From positions 568,490 to 632,489 of the forward strand of contig MU053379.1 of the NCBI GenBank assembly GCA_013239625.1: 64,000 nucleotides of DNA, read 5' to 3'. The position numbers were made by a program, and so were the translations under genes. The notes under the pieces were generated by a model that worked only from the letters and a program-made list of their open reading frames with translations, did not search any database and was not told the DNA's origin. How positions within the stretch are numbered: position 1 is the stretch's first letter; every line of letters begins with the position of its first letter. The stretch comes from Lama guanicoe (Eukaryota). Shown here piece after piece: positions 13,592 through 26,304 of this stretch.

Positions 13592-16500
13592 TTACATTTT
13601 TTGTATTGAGTTATAGTCATTTTGAAATGTTGTGTCAATTTACAGTGTAGAGCACAATTTTTCAGTTATACATTAACATACATATACTCATTGTCACATT
13701 CTTTTTCACTGTGAGCTACCACAAGATCTTGTATATATTTCCCTGTGCTATACAGTATAACATTATTTATCTATTCTACATATGCCTGTCAGTATCTACA
13801 AATTTCAAACTCCCAGACTGTCCCTTCCCACCCCCTCCCCCTTGGCAACCACAAGTTTGTATCTATGTCTATGAGTCTGTTTCTGTTTTGTATTTATGTT
13901 CTTTTTTTTTTTTTAGTTTCCACATATGAGTTACCTCATATGGTATTTTTCTTTCTCTTTCTGGCTTACTTCACTTAGAATGACATTCTCCAGGGACATC
14001 CGCATTGCTGCAAATGGTATTATGTTGTCATTTTATGGCTGTGTAGTATTCCATTGTATAAATATACCACCACGTCTCTATCTAGCCATCTGTCAATGGA
14101 CATTTATGTTGTTTCCATGTCTTGGCTATTGTAAATAGTGCTGCTATGAACAGTGGGGTGAAGGTGTCTTTTTGAAGTAGGATTCCTTCTGGATATATGC
14201 CCAGGAGCGGGATTCCTGGGTCATGTGGTAAATCTATTCCTAGTCTTTTGAGGAATCTCCATACTGTTTTCCACAGTGGCTGCATCAAACTGCATTTCCA
14301 CCGGCAGTGTAGGAGGGTTTCCTTTTCTCCACAGCCTCTCCAGCATTTGTCATTTGTGGATTTTTGAATGATGGCCATTCTGACTGGTGTGAGGTGATAC
14401 CTCATTGTAGTTTTGATTTGCATTTCTCTGATAATTAGTGATATGGAGCATTTTTTCTTGTGCCTATTGATCATTTGTATTTCTTCCTTGGAGAGTTGCT
14501 TGTTTAGGTCTTCTGCCCATTTTTCAATTGGTTTGTTTGTTTCTTTTTTACTAAGTCGTATGAACTGTTTATATATTCTGGACATTAAGCCTTTGTTGGT
14601 TTCATCTTTTGCAAAAATTTTCTCCCATTCCGTAGGTTGTCATTTTGTTTTGCTTATGTTTTCCTTTGCTGTGCAGAAGCTTCTAAGTTTAATTAGGTCC
14701 CAGTTGTTTATTCTTGCTTTTATTTCTATTGCTTGGGTAGACTGGCCTAGGAGAACAGTTTTGAGATATGTGAGATAATGTTTTGCCTGTATTTTCTTCT
14801 GGGAGGTTTATTGTATCTTGTCTCATGTTTAAGTCTTTGATCAATTTTGAGTTTGTTTTTGTGTATGGTGTAAGGGAGTGTTCTAGCTTCACTGATTTAC
14901 ATGCTGCTGTCCAGTTTTCCCAGCACCATTTGCTGAAGACACTGTCTTTATTCCAGTGTATATTCTTGCCTCCTTTGTCAAAGATTAGTTGACCAAAAGT
15001 TTGTGGGTTCATTTCTGGGCTCTCAATTCTGTTCCATTGGTCCATATGTCTGTTTTTGTACCAATACCATTCTGTCTTGATAACTGTAGCTCTGTAGTAT
15101 TGTCTGAAGTCGGAGAGTTATTCCTCCAGCCTATTTCTTTTTCTTCAGTAATGCTTTGGCAATTCTAGGTCTTTTGTGGTTCCATATAAATTTTATTATG
15201 ATTTGTTCTAGTTCTGTGAAATATGTCCTGGGTAATTTGATAGGGATTGCATTGAATCTGTAGATTGCCTTGGAAAGTATGATCATTTTAACAATATTGA
15301 TTCTTCCGATCCAGGAGCATAGGATATCTTTCCATTTTTTTAAGTCTTCTTTAATTTCCTTAATCAGTGTTTTATAGTTTTCCATGTATAAGTCTTTCAC
15401 CTCCCTTGGTTAGATTTATTCCTAGGTATTTTATTCCTTTGGGTGCTATTTTAAAGGGGATGGTTTCTTTACTTTCTTTTTCTGTTGATTCATCATTAGC
15501 ATAAAGAAATGCAACTGATTTTTGAATGTTAACTTTGTAACCTGCTACCTTGCTGAATTGTTTGATTATTTCTAGTGGTTTTTGTGTGGAGCTTTTAGGG
15601 TTTTCTATATATAGTATCATGTCATGTGCATATAGTGACAATTTTACTTCTTCTTTTCCAATTTGGATCCCTTTTATTTCTATCTCTTGCCCAATTGCTG
15701 TAGCTAGGACTTCCGAGACTATGTTGAATAGGAGTGGTGATAGCGGGTCATCTTGTCTTGTCCCAGATTTTAGTTGGAAGCTTTTGAGTTTTTCACCATT
15801 GAGTACTATGCTGGCTGTAGGTTTGTCATATATAGCTTTTATTATGTTGAGATATGATCCCTCTATACCCACTTTGGTGACAGTTTTTATCATAAATGGG
15901 TGTTGAATTTTATCAAAAGCTTTTTCTGCATCTATAGAGATGATCATTTTTGTCCTTTCTCTTGTTGATGTGATGTATTTCATTGATTGATTTGCATATG
16001 TTGAACCACCCTTGTGTCCCTGGGATTAACCCCACTTTATCATGATGTATAATCTTTTTTATGTGCTGTTGGATTCTATGTGCTAATATTTTGGTAAGGA
16101 TATTTGTATCTATGTTCATCAGTGATACTGGTCTGTAATTCTCTTTTTTGGCAGTGTCTTTGCCTAGTTTTAGTATCAAGGTGACGGTGGCTTCATAGAA
16201 TGAGTTTGGGAGTATCCCCTCCTTTTCAGTCTTCTGGAAGAGTTTGAGAAGGACTGGTATGAGTTCTTCTTTGTATGTTTCGTAGAATTCCCCAGTGAAG
16301 CCATCTGGTCCTGGACTTTCATTTGTAGGGAGATTTTTTTATTGCTAATTCGATTTCATTTCTAGTGATGTTTTTGTTCAAGTGGTCAGTTTTTTCTTGA
16401 TTCAGTCTTGGTAGATTGTATGTTTCCAGAAACTTGTCCATCTCCTCTAGGTTATCCATTTTGCTTCCATATAGTTGTTCATAATATTCTCATGTGATAT

Positions 16501-19500
16501 TCTGTATTTCTATGTTATTTGTTGTAATTTCTGCATTTTCCTTTCTTATTTTGCTTATTTGTGCTCTTTTTTCTTCTTTGTGAGTTTGGCCAGAGGTTTG
16601 TCAAATTTATTTACTTTTTCAATTACTTTTTCGTCATCTTTTGGTTTGGCTGATTTCTTCTATTTTTTTTTTAATCTCTATTTTATTTATTTCCTCCGTG
16701 ATCTTTATTATTTCCTTCCTTCTGCTGACTTTGAGTTTTTTTGCTCTTCTTTTTCTAATTCTTTTAGCTGGTAGGTTAGATTGTTTATTTGAGATTGTTC
16801 TTCTTTTTTGAGGAAGGCCTGTATCGCTATAAACTTCCCTCTTAGCACTGCCTTTACTGCATACCATAAATTATGTGTGGTCATGTTTTCATTTTCATTA
16901 GTCTCAAGGTGTTTTTTTATTTCAACTTTGATTTCATCATTGACCCATTGGTTTTTTGGTGGCATATTGTTTAATCTCCATGCTTTCTTTTTTTTCTCCT
17001 TTGATTTTCTGTAGTTGACTTCTAGTTTCATGACAATGTGGTAAGTAAAGATGCTTGAGATAATTTCTATCTTCTTAAAATTGTTGAGGCTTCTTTTGTG
17101 CCCAAGTACATGATCAATCCTAGAAAATGTTCCATGTGCACTTGAAAAGAATGTATATCCTATTTTTGGGGTGTGTAATGCTCTGAAATATCCACCAAAT
17201 CTAATTTTACTATTGTGTCATTTAGTTTCTCTGTTGTCTTATTTATTTTCTGTCTGGAAGATCTGTCTGGTGATGTTAACATGGTGTTAAAATCTCCTAA
17301 AATGATTGTATTCCCATCAATTTTCACCTTTATCTCTGTTAGTAATTGTTTTATGTACTTAGGTTCTCCTATATTGGGTGCATATATATTAATGAATGTA
17401 ATATCTTCATCTTATATTACTCCTTTAATCATTATAAAATGTCCTTCTTTATCTTCCTTTATGGCCTTTGTTTTAAAGTCTATTTTGTCTGAAATCAGTA
17501 TTGTTACACCTGCTTTTTTGGCTTTCCATTTGCATGGAATATCCTTTTCCACCTTTTCATTCTCAATCTGTATGTGTCCTTCTCCCTAAAGTGGGTCTCT
17601 TGTATGCAGCATATTGAAGGTTCTTGTTTTATTATCCAGTCTGCCACTCTATGTCTTTTGATTGGAGTTTATGGTCCACTAACATTTACAGTAATTAATG
17701 ATAGATGTGTGTTTATTGCCATTTCGAATTTATTTTTGCAGTTGATTTGGTATTTCCTCTTTGTTCCTTTCTTATTCCTTTAGTGGTTGTATTTTTCTTT
17801 GTATTATCTTGGAATTTATTTAGTTTCTGTGACTCACTTGTAAGTTTTTGGTTGTGGTTACCCTTTTTTGTAAGTCTATTAACCCATTACTATAACTATT
17901 TGTATTAAACAGTTAGTAATATAAGCTCAAACCCATCCTACTGAGAACAAAAAATTTTCAAAAGGAAAAAAAACTATATTTTCTTGCTTCCCTCTCACAC
18001 TCTTAATGATTTAGATGTCTTCTTTTACAATTTCATGTTTACTCTATTTGTAATTCATGGTAGCTATCACCTTTCCAGTTATGAGTTTCTCATTTTTGTA
18101 GCATCCTGCTTCTTTTCTATTTAGAGTAGAACTTTCAATATTTATTTTAGCATGGGTTTAGTATTGCTAAACTCTTCTAGTTTTTGCTTGTCTGTGACGT
18201 TCTTTATCTCTCCTATTCTAAAGGATAACTTTGCTGGATAAAGTATCCTAGGCTGCATCTTTTTTTCATTCAGGACTTTGAATATATCTTGCCACTCCCT
18301 TCTGGCATGTAGCATTTGTGTAGAGAAATCAGCTGAGAGCCTTATGGGGGTTCCCTTGTAACTCACTCTTCGTTTTCCTCTTGGTGCCTTTAGCATCATT
18401 TTTTCATGCTCGACTCTGGCCATCTTGACTATAATATGTCTTGGTGTGGGTCTGTTTGGGTTCTTCTTGTTTGGGACCCTCTGAACTTCCTGTGCTTGGA
18501 TATCTGATTCCTTCTTTAGGTTTGGGAAGTTTTCAGTCATGATTTCTTCAAATACCTTTTCAATCCCCTTTGTTCTTTCTTCCCCTTCTAGAACCCTTAT
18601 TATATGTAGATTAGTATGTCTTATATTATCCCATAGGTCCCTTATATTGTTTTCATTAGTTTTTATTTGTTTTTCTCTCAGCTGTACTGATTGGGTGCTT
18701 TCTGTTGTCCTGTCTTCTAGGTCACTTATTTGTTCTTCTGCATTATCTAGCCTGTACAGCCTTTAGATCAGCTTTCATCTCAGCAAATGAATTTTCCAAT
18801 TTTACTTGGCTTTTCTTTACAGCTTCAATTTCATTTTTGACATATTTTATATCTCTAAACACTGTTTCTTTTAGTTCCTTAAGTACTTTGATCACTCCTT
18901 TTTTTGAAATCTTGATCTAGTAGGCCATCAATGTCTATTTCATCGATCATTCTTTCAGGGGATTTCTCTTGTTCTTTTAACTGGAAGTGGTTCCTCTTCT
19001 TCTTCATCTTGCTCATATCTCTCTGGCACTGTGGCTTATGGAGTATCAGTTACCTATTGTGGTTCTTAAGGAGTTTATTTATTTACCTATCTAAAGCCTA
19101 TGCAGGAATAAAACTTCAAAAAAAAGAGAATTTTTAAGAAAGGGAGGGGAAAAAGGCTTAAAAACAGTGTATAATCAATAGCAGAACAAGTTGAAGCAGA
19201 ATAACAATCAAGTTGAGATGTCTTTTAAAAACCTTTAAAAAAGGAGAAAAGAACAAAAAAAAATTTGAAACCTGTGTATATAATCAGTAACAGGAGATCA
19301 AAACCAAGAGAAATAAAAATGAAATGAGGTGGATTTTAAAAAATAATAATAATAAAAATATTTTAAAAGAAAAATTCAAAAAGGATTAAAACTGGAGATA
19401 CATACAATTGTTTAAAAAGTAAAAACTAAAAAGGTAATAGAAAATAGAACAGATTAAAAAAAGATAAAACAAAAAGGGGACGATGTGTTCTCATGGAGAC

Positions 19501-20740
19501 TGTGAACTCTTAATGATTTTATCGAGAGGTCTTTCTGTCTTCGCCTTGCTTCACGAACTCAGCTCACTGCTTCCAGAGGCCCTCCATTGGTGCCCTTGAT
19601 CTGTGCTGCTCCTGGTGCCCCCTCCCAACACTACGGTCAGGTGCTGCGCTCTTACACGGTGGGCAGGCGGGTCACACCCCCTCTCAATGCTGTGGTCAGA
19701 TGCTGCGTTCGCGCAAGGTAGGCAGGCAGGTTGCAACCCCTCTTAGCACTGTGGTCAGGTGTCATGGTCCTGCTAGGAAGGCAGGTGGCCACCTGCCCTC
19801 TCCCAGCACCAGTCACTGCCCTGCTCTGTGCAGCTGCCCACTCTGCCTCGGGTCAACACTTGGTAGCCAGTCTGGGGGAGACAGCAGAACAGCCCCACCC
19901 TGCTCTGTGCCAAAACTCAGCTCCTTGTTTGTCTTGATAGCACAAGTTCTCAGAGGTACCAGGGCAGAATGATCCTATCTGCCTCAGGGTATAAACAAGT
20001 CTCCATCTGGCCTTTGAGGCTGCTAAGCCCTTAAGTACGGATTCAGGTTTTGACCCCACACTCGCCTGGGTGCTAAGCACCAGAGGATATGGCGGCTGTG
20101 GCTGAGCCCCGTCTCTCTTCTCCAGAAAACCTTCCGCGGGTTTTCAGAGATAGGAGACATGGCACCCTTCCCCCCAGGGCACATCAGCTGTGTTGTTTTA
20201 TGAAGGGCCCAGGTTGTTTTGCCCTGTGTACCCACTCATCCATGGTGTGCAGTACCCTGCAGTCCCCGAGGGATGCCTCAGTGCAGCTGTCCCAGTCCTT
20301 CACCCAGCTCAGGCAGCCTGTCCCATACCCCCACCTGCTGCTTTGCCTCTAGGGCTGGGGGTTGTGGAGACCCTCCATGGCCATTTAATTTAGTTCTGTC
20401 AGTCAAGGGCTTCTCCATACAGATCTGAGCCTCAGAAGTTCCCCCTCCGTCCCGCTGACTTCTCCATTGGAGACGGGGAGACCCAGTGAACAAACGCTAT
20501 TCCTCCTTTGCTGCTCCCTCCCCATGGGAACAGTCCCACACTGTTTTGCTTTTTCTTCTTTCTTTTTTTCTTTTCTCCTACCAGATTTGTGGTGTCTGTC
20601 TTTTGAAGGGAGCGATTTCCTGTCAGAGTTCAGCAGGTGCTCTGGTTGGCTGGGTGGGTCCATGGATGTGAGTTTTGGTATATTTGTGGGAGAGGGTGAG
20701 CTATGAGCATCCTTCTACTCTGCCATCTTGGCTTATCTGA
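13592..20740 (-). mobile_element. Full-length (~7.15 kb) inactivated LINE-1, antisense in PCSK2 intron 6: 5'UTR ~19020-20740, ORF1 ~18130-19016, ORF2 ~13920-17722, 3'UTR to ~13592
   Basis: Exact 18-bp TSD TCAGCAAACATTATTTTT (13574-13591 and 20741-20758), read as a TT/AAAAA endonuclease site on the minus strand; ORF1 fragment 18142..18540 (PTPRHIIVK, PIRLSADFS, ILYPAKLSF); ORF2 EN/RT/C-terminal fragments across ORFs 14082..17031; YY1 motif CAAGATGGC at the 5' end; multiple stops and frameshifts. Confidence 0.97.
20722..20730 (-). promoter_or_regulatory. YY1 site at the L1 5' end (internal Pol II promoter)
   Basis: CAAGATGGC about 10 nt inside the L1 5' boundary, the canonical position in mammalian L1s. 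Confidence 0.7.
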
Positions 20741-20758
20741 TCAGCAAACATTATTTTT

Positions 20759-22350
20759 AATGCTGAAACTTTGATAGCACTCTCTTTAATGCTGGGACAA
20801 AATAAAGATGCTGCCTGTCATCTCTTATTTGACACTATGCCATGCCTCATAGTCAATGAAATAAGTATAAATCTAAGAAAAGATAAATGAGAACATTAAT
20901 GAGAAAATTATAAAACTTAGAAAAGACATAGAAGATGTCCTGAATGAATGGAGTGATATACTAAGTTCATGGATAGGAAAATGGAATAATATAAAGATGT
21001 CAGGTTAACCTACTGATTCAATGAAATTTCAATGAAAATCTCAATGGAAGTTTTCTATGAAACTAGACAAAATGACCCTAAAGTTGATATGGAAAAGCAA
21101 AGGGCCAAGTATACAATAGGAAAACAAGGAAGGAAAAGGAAGAGGAGAATGAATATGAAAAAAAAAAAGAGAAGAGAAGGAGCATTAACAACAGCAAGGT
21201 GGAGCCATCGAAACACAATTAAACTGTAGTAATTTTCAGAGCAAGGTTAGCATAGGGAGAGAAAAAAGATCACAGAAACAGAATAGAGATCCCAGAAACA
21301 CACCCTTAGATATAGAGAGAGGCTTAATATATGACCAAGATGGCAATAAAAACAATAAGGAAAGGATGGTGTGATGATAGTCAATAAATGATGTTAGCTG
21401 TTTGTAGGGGGAAATAGGCATCCACCTTGCATACTGAGCATAAATAAATTCCAGGGAAATTAAAACCCAAATGGATAGAAACCTTTGAGAATCAAAGTGT
21501 AAGAGAACATATTAATTATCCTGGAATAGAGGTGGATTTTTTTTTAAAAACAAGACACTGGCCAGCAGCAGATATGTGCAATAAGTATTATGAAAAAAAA
21601 ATTAGTATCCACAATATAGAAAGAACAGCCGCAAACCAATAAAAAACAACTGACAAGAAAATAAAAGTTTATGCACAGATGATTAAGAGAAAACATGAGC
21701 TAATCCACATATGAGAAGATGTTCAATCTTCCTAGTAATGAGGAAGATGCAAAATAAAACAATGAGATACCATTTCACAGCAGTTGGGTTAGCAAAAATG
21801 GTAACATTTGATGATCCTAGATGTTGGCAAGGATGTCAAGCAACAGGAGCTCTCCCACTCTGCTGGAGGTAGTATGCGTATTCCATGCAGCCTGTTTTCA
21901 CCCAGACAGGCAAAACCCAGAGAAACTGCTGCACGTGTGCAAGGAAATAATGCACAAAAACATTTCTTTTCAAATTATTTGTAATAGCAAGCAAATTACA
22001 AGCAACCTAAGCGCCTATCACTAAGAGTATGAATAAGTAAATTGTGGCATGTTTGTAAATGAAATACAGCAGAGCACTGAAAATGAATGCACCAGAATTT
22101 GTGAATAAGTCTCAGAAATTTGAGTTTAAAAGGCAAATTTTAAATAGCTCATATGCTATGAAACATTTGTACAGAGTTTGAAAATATGCAAACAGTGGTC
22201 TCCATGAGTATGCATATCTGACTGTAAGGTAATCACATAAAAGCATGCACAGGCATTTCAATCATCAGACTTAGTATATTGGTCACCTCTGAGGAACCAA
22301 AGAGGGGAGTGTGCTCAGGGAGGGCCTCGATTGTATCTATAAAGATTTAT
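20759..22350 (+). mobile_element. Ancient L1 (L1ME-like) ORF2/3' relic (right part of the host element)
   Basis: Degenerate ORF2 motifs: gttcatggataggaaaa, aacagaatagagatcccagaaaca, gatgcaaaataaaacaatgagataccatttcac. Confidence 0.7.
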
Positions 22351-22892
22351 TTCTTTAAAAAAAGACCTATGCCAGTGTAAAACACATGGGTGTGCCCTTG
22401 TAGTTGCAGACACCTTTGGTCACGAGGATATCCTACATACCCTGACTGGTCATGCACAGAACTACATGCTTGGCTTTGCTCAGGAAGGTGGGGATTGGGC
22501 TGGAGACCATAACGTTACTGCATACTTGCTCTGCTTTTTAATGTGCTTTTGTGACCAAAGTCTCCGTGACAAATAAGTAAATGTTCTTTATTCTCCCTGT
22601 CCTGTTCCCTCAAGGGTTCATTTTCCTCAAGGCATATGCTTTAGAATTGAAAGCCATAAGGAGTATAATAGGATGAAAGTGGGTATGTGATCAAAAGAGA
22701 TTTCATTTACCTTCCCAGGTAAATGGGAGTTGTCTTTAAAAAACACAATAGAAATGCTCAGCATACACCAGGTCTTGCTGAATAGTACACTCCCTTCCCT
22801 AACTGTCCTTTGAATCAACTTCCCATTTTCTCTACACACTGTCACTGCCTTAGTTTTCATCCTTCTCACCACAGCAATGGCTTTCTCTTCTT

Positions 22893-23768
22893 TTCTCTAT
22901 TTCTTTTTTTAATTAAAGTATAGTCAGTTACAATGTGTCAATTTCTAGTGTACAGCACAATGTCCCAGTCATACATATACATACATAAATTTGTTTTCAT
23001 ATTCTTTTTCCTTAAATCCTATAGCAAGATATTGAATATAGTTCCTTGTGCTATACAGAAGAAATTTGTTTTTTATCTATTTTTATATATAGTGGCTAAC
23101 ATTTGCAAATCTCAAACTCCCAAATTCATCCCTTCCCACCTCCTTTCCCAGATAACCATGAAATTGTTTACTATGTCTGGAAATCTGCTTCTGCTTTGTA
23201 GATGAGGTTATTAGTGGCCTCTTTTTTCTTTTTTTTTAGATCCACATGAGTGATATCATATGGTATTTTCTTTCTCTTTCTGGCTTACTTCGCTTAGAAT
23301 GATGATCTCCAGGTCCATCCATGTAGCTCAAATGGCATTAATTTATTCTTTTTATGGCTGAGTAGTATTCCATTGTATAAATATACCACAGTTTCTTTAT
23401 CCAGTCATCTGCTGATGGACATTTAGGTTGTCTCCATGTCTTGGATATTGTAAATAGTGTTGCTATAAACATTGGGGAGCATGTGTCTTTATGAATTAGA
23501 GTTCCCTCCGGATATATGTCCAGGAGCGGGATTGCTGGATCATGTGATAACTCTACTTTTAGTTTTTTAAGGAACCTCCATACTGTCCTCCATAGTGGCT
23601 GCAGCAAACTGCATTCCCACCAGCAGTGTAGGAGGGTTCCCTTTTCTCCACACCCTCCCCAGCATTTATTGTTTGTGGACTTTTGAATGATGGTCATTCT
23701 GACTGGTGTGAGGTGATACCTTGTTGTAGTTTTGATTTGCACTTCTCTGATAATTAGTGATACTGCGC
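22893..23768 (-). mobile_element. 5'-truncated LINE-1 (~0.88 kb) with 16-bp TSD
   Basis: ORF 23338..23802 is the L1 ORF2 C-terminus ([18 protein letters not shown]); TSD ATGGCTTTCTCTTCTT at 22877-22892 and 23769-23784; closely similar to the 3' end of the 13.6-20.7 kb L1. Confidence 0.92.
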
Positions 23769-25204
23769 ATGGCTTTCTCTTCTTGGTCTCCCTGTAAACC
23801 AACCACCATCTTGTTAATTAAGTGTGATAATGGTATTATTGTTATTTAGGATATTATCATTTTTAAAGATACATACTAAACAATTTCAGGAAAAAAATAA
23901 CATTTATATTTTTCTTTAAATTCAGTCACCAAAAAAAAGATGAACAAATATGGCAAAATATTGATTGTCTGTGTATCCATAAGGCTATTCATTTGATTAA
24001 CTAAAGAATAAAAATGACCAAATGTCTTCTATTAATAGAGATCTGACTGAGTAACCTATAGTAGATCCCACCCAATAAAAACAGTCTGACGTATGGAAAA
24101 CATTCAACTCTGACAGACGTGGGTGGTGGCCGTCGGAGGCCTGTTGTGTTACTCACTGAATCGGTCTGTTCTTTTGGATTAGGGCTGTTCTGGCCACATG
24201 ACACCCCAACTCCTGTCACTTGCCTCCAATGACCTTTGTTAGAAGGAGGCCAAACAAGCAGCCAACACTCGTCCCTCATCCCCTACAGCTCTTTCTGCTT
24301 CTGACGGAAGTGGCCCATGTTTTATTCCAGAGACAAGAGGGAGCTCCTGAATGTTCTTGAGGAAGCCAAGGGACCAGATGAAAATGGACTTGGAAAGATC
24401 TTCCTGACATTCAGGGGAGCGAGCACGTTCACCCGAGATGATCAGGAAAACAGGACGGGAGAGGAGGCATGCGAGGCCGTGGCAACAGAGCTGACAGGGG
24501 CCCAGGGGTGTGAGAGGGCCTGGTGTCACGGACAGCTACAGGGAGCCTCCACTCGCTTACAGTTAACTCGTGTCGCTGAATTTCATGATGAAGTGTTTCT
24601 TCCCACACGTTCCTCAGAAGAGCCCACGACATTCATCGCCCCTCTTCAAGGCCAAAATTAAGGCTATGAAAGCGCTCAGTGTCTCTGATTTGCTCAAGCC
24701 AGTTCACACACCTCAGGCCCCCCGACTTTAGTGAGCAGTTTGGGGCAGGAGGGTAGTGGGCTGGTCTATAACCAAGCATCGGTCTCGGGCCCAGCGTCTC
24801 TGAGACTCAACCTTGACATCTGTGAAATGGAGCAGCACCGACGCACCCCCTCCTGAGGGGAGGAAAGGGGTGAGGCAGGAGACGCTCTGGGGCCTCACCC
24901 GGGGAGGAGCAGCTGCCCCATAAACGGCAGGTGGCCGAGCAGGGCTCCCGCTGCCCCAGCACGTCTGTGGCCCCAGATGTTGGTCAGAGCAGTGACTGCT
25001 CCAGGCAAGGCCTGACTGCACATTTCAGGCCTTGGAAAGGAGAGACTGACAGGCTGATGATTAAATAATAAGGAAATTAATGCTCAGTCAAATTAGCCTT
25101 GGCATTGATTTTTGAAACTTGTATTCAAATATTTATTTGTTCAGCACAACCCAAACAGCAAGCAGACCAGCCAAATTTAATCAGGATCCATTCAAGTTCT
25201 GTTT

Positions 25205-25479
25205 TTAAAATATATAAGTGCATATAATATGAAGTATATACAGGTACTTTTACTATAGTTTTATTTTACATATTTAAATATGTAACATAGATTATATATA
25301 ATGTATAAGTGTACATACCTATAAATACATGAATCAATCATTATAAATATATATAATTTATTTTATATATTTTGCATATAAAATATACAAGTACAACTTG
25401 TTTTATATATACAAGTAGATATAAGTACAACTATATACTTAAATATGTACATTTAACATGTACACAGGAATCATTATAA

Positions 25480-25512
<33 letters not shown>

Positions 25513-25540
25513 TTCACTTTACACATATACATATGTGTGG
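25205..25540. repeat. AT-rich low-complexity tract ending in (GT)7(AT)n
   Basis: Degenerate (TA)n; gtgtgtgtgtgtgtatatatatatatatat from 25481. Confidence 0.8.
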
Positions 25541-26304
25541 ACTTCCATGGTGTTTTTCAGAACTATACTTATCATTTTCTTCAGCACTAGGAATAAGACA
25601 GGGGCTATGAAAGCCACGTCCATGATAGTTTCTCCCAACAAGTTAAACCCTAACTAAGCACCTTCTACAAAAGTCCCGGCTGAGGTTCCCTGAAGTCTTA
25701 CAGACAAGCAGACGGGGTGGACCCAGTCAGCACGTGGGGTTTCCACAGAGCTCCCACCGCAGGGCCGACCTCTGCAGTAACTATGAGGTCTCCCTGGATG
25801 CAACGTGCAGGTTTCTTCCTTGTTCCAAAGGGAATTTGGAGCCCGTGAGATACGCGGCCTCTGAAGAGGCAGGATTTACTTTTGCTCCTACGGAGAAGAA
25901 AATACATGTGAATATTTTGTTCAGTCCTTGGATGCGATTTTTTTCTAAGGGTGGGTGTTTGCCCCCGAAGAATGTCACAAGCAATACTCTCTGGTCCGCA
26001 CTGCGGAAACCAGGACTTGCCGGGCTCCCCAGCCAATCGGCCTCTTCCCCACAAACCCTGAATGTGCCCGCCGTGGTGTAAAGAGTGAGCGGGAAGCCAG
26101 CCCTGACCCCCGCCGTCCTCACCACAGGCCACGATGGCGTGAGACCAGCCGACCCGGTAACCCTTCAGTTGTTCCTCGGACCGTTAAGATGGACTTTCAG
26201 GGTTGCGGCTGGTAGTGTCCAGTGATGTGTGCCTTGGACTCCTCCACATCTTGAAGGCTGTTTGGGTCAAAACACGGCATTCTGATTGACTTAGGGTTCA
26301 CGCT

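Noticed and set aside
14082..18540. Minus-strand ORFs with RT, endonuclease and ORF1 similarity as a possible novel RT system
   Set aside because: Collinear fragments of one ordinary degraded LINE-1 bounded by a TSD.
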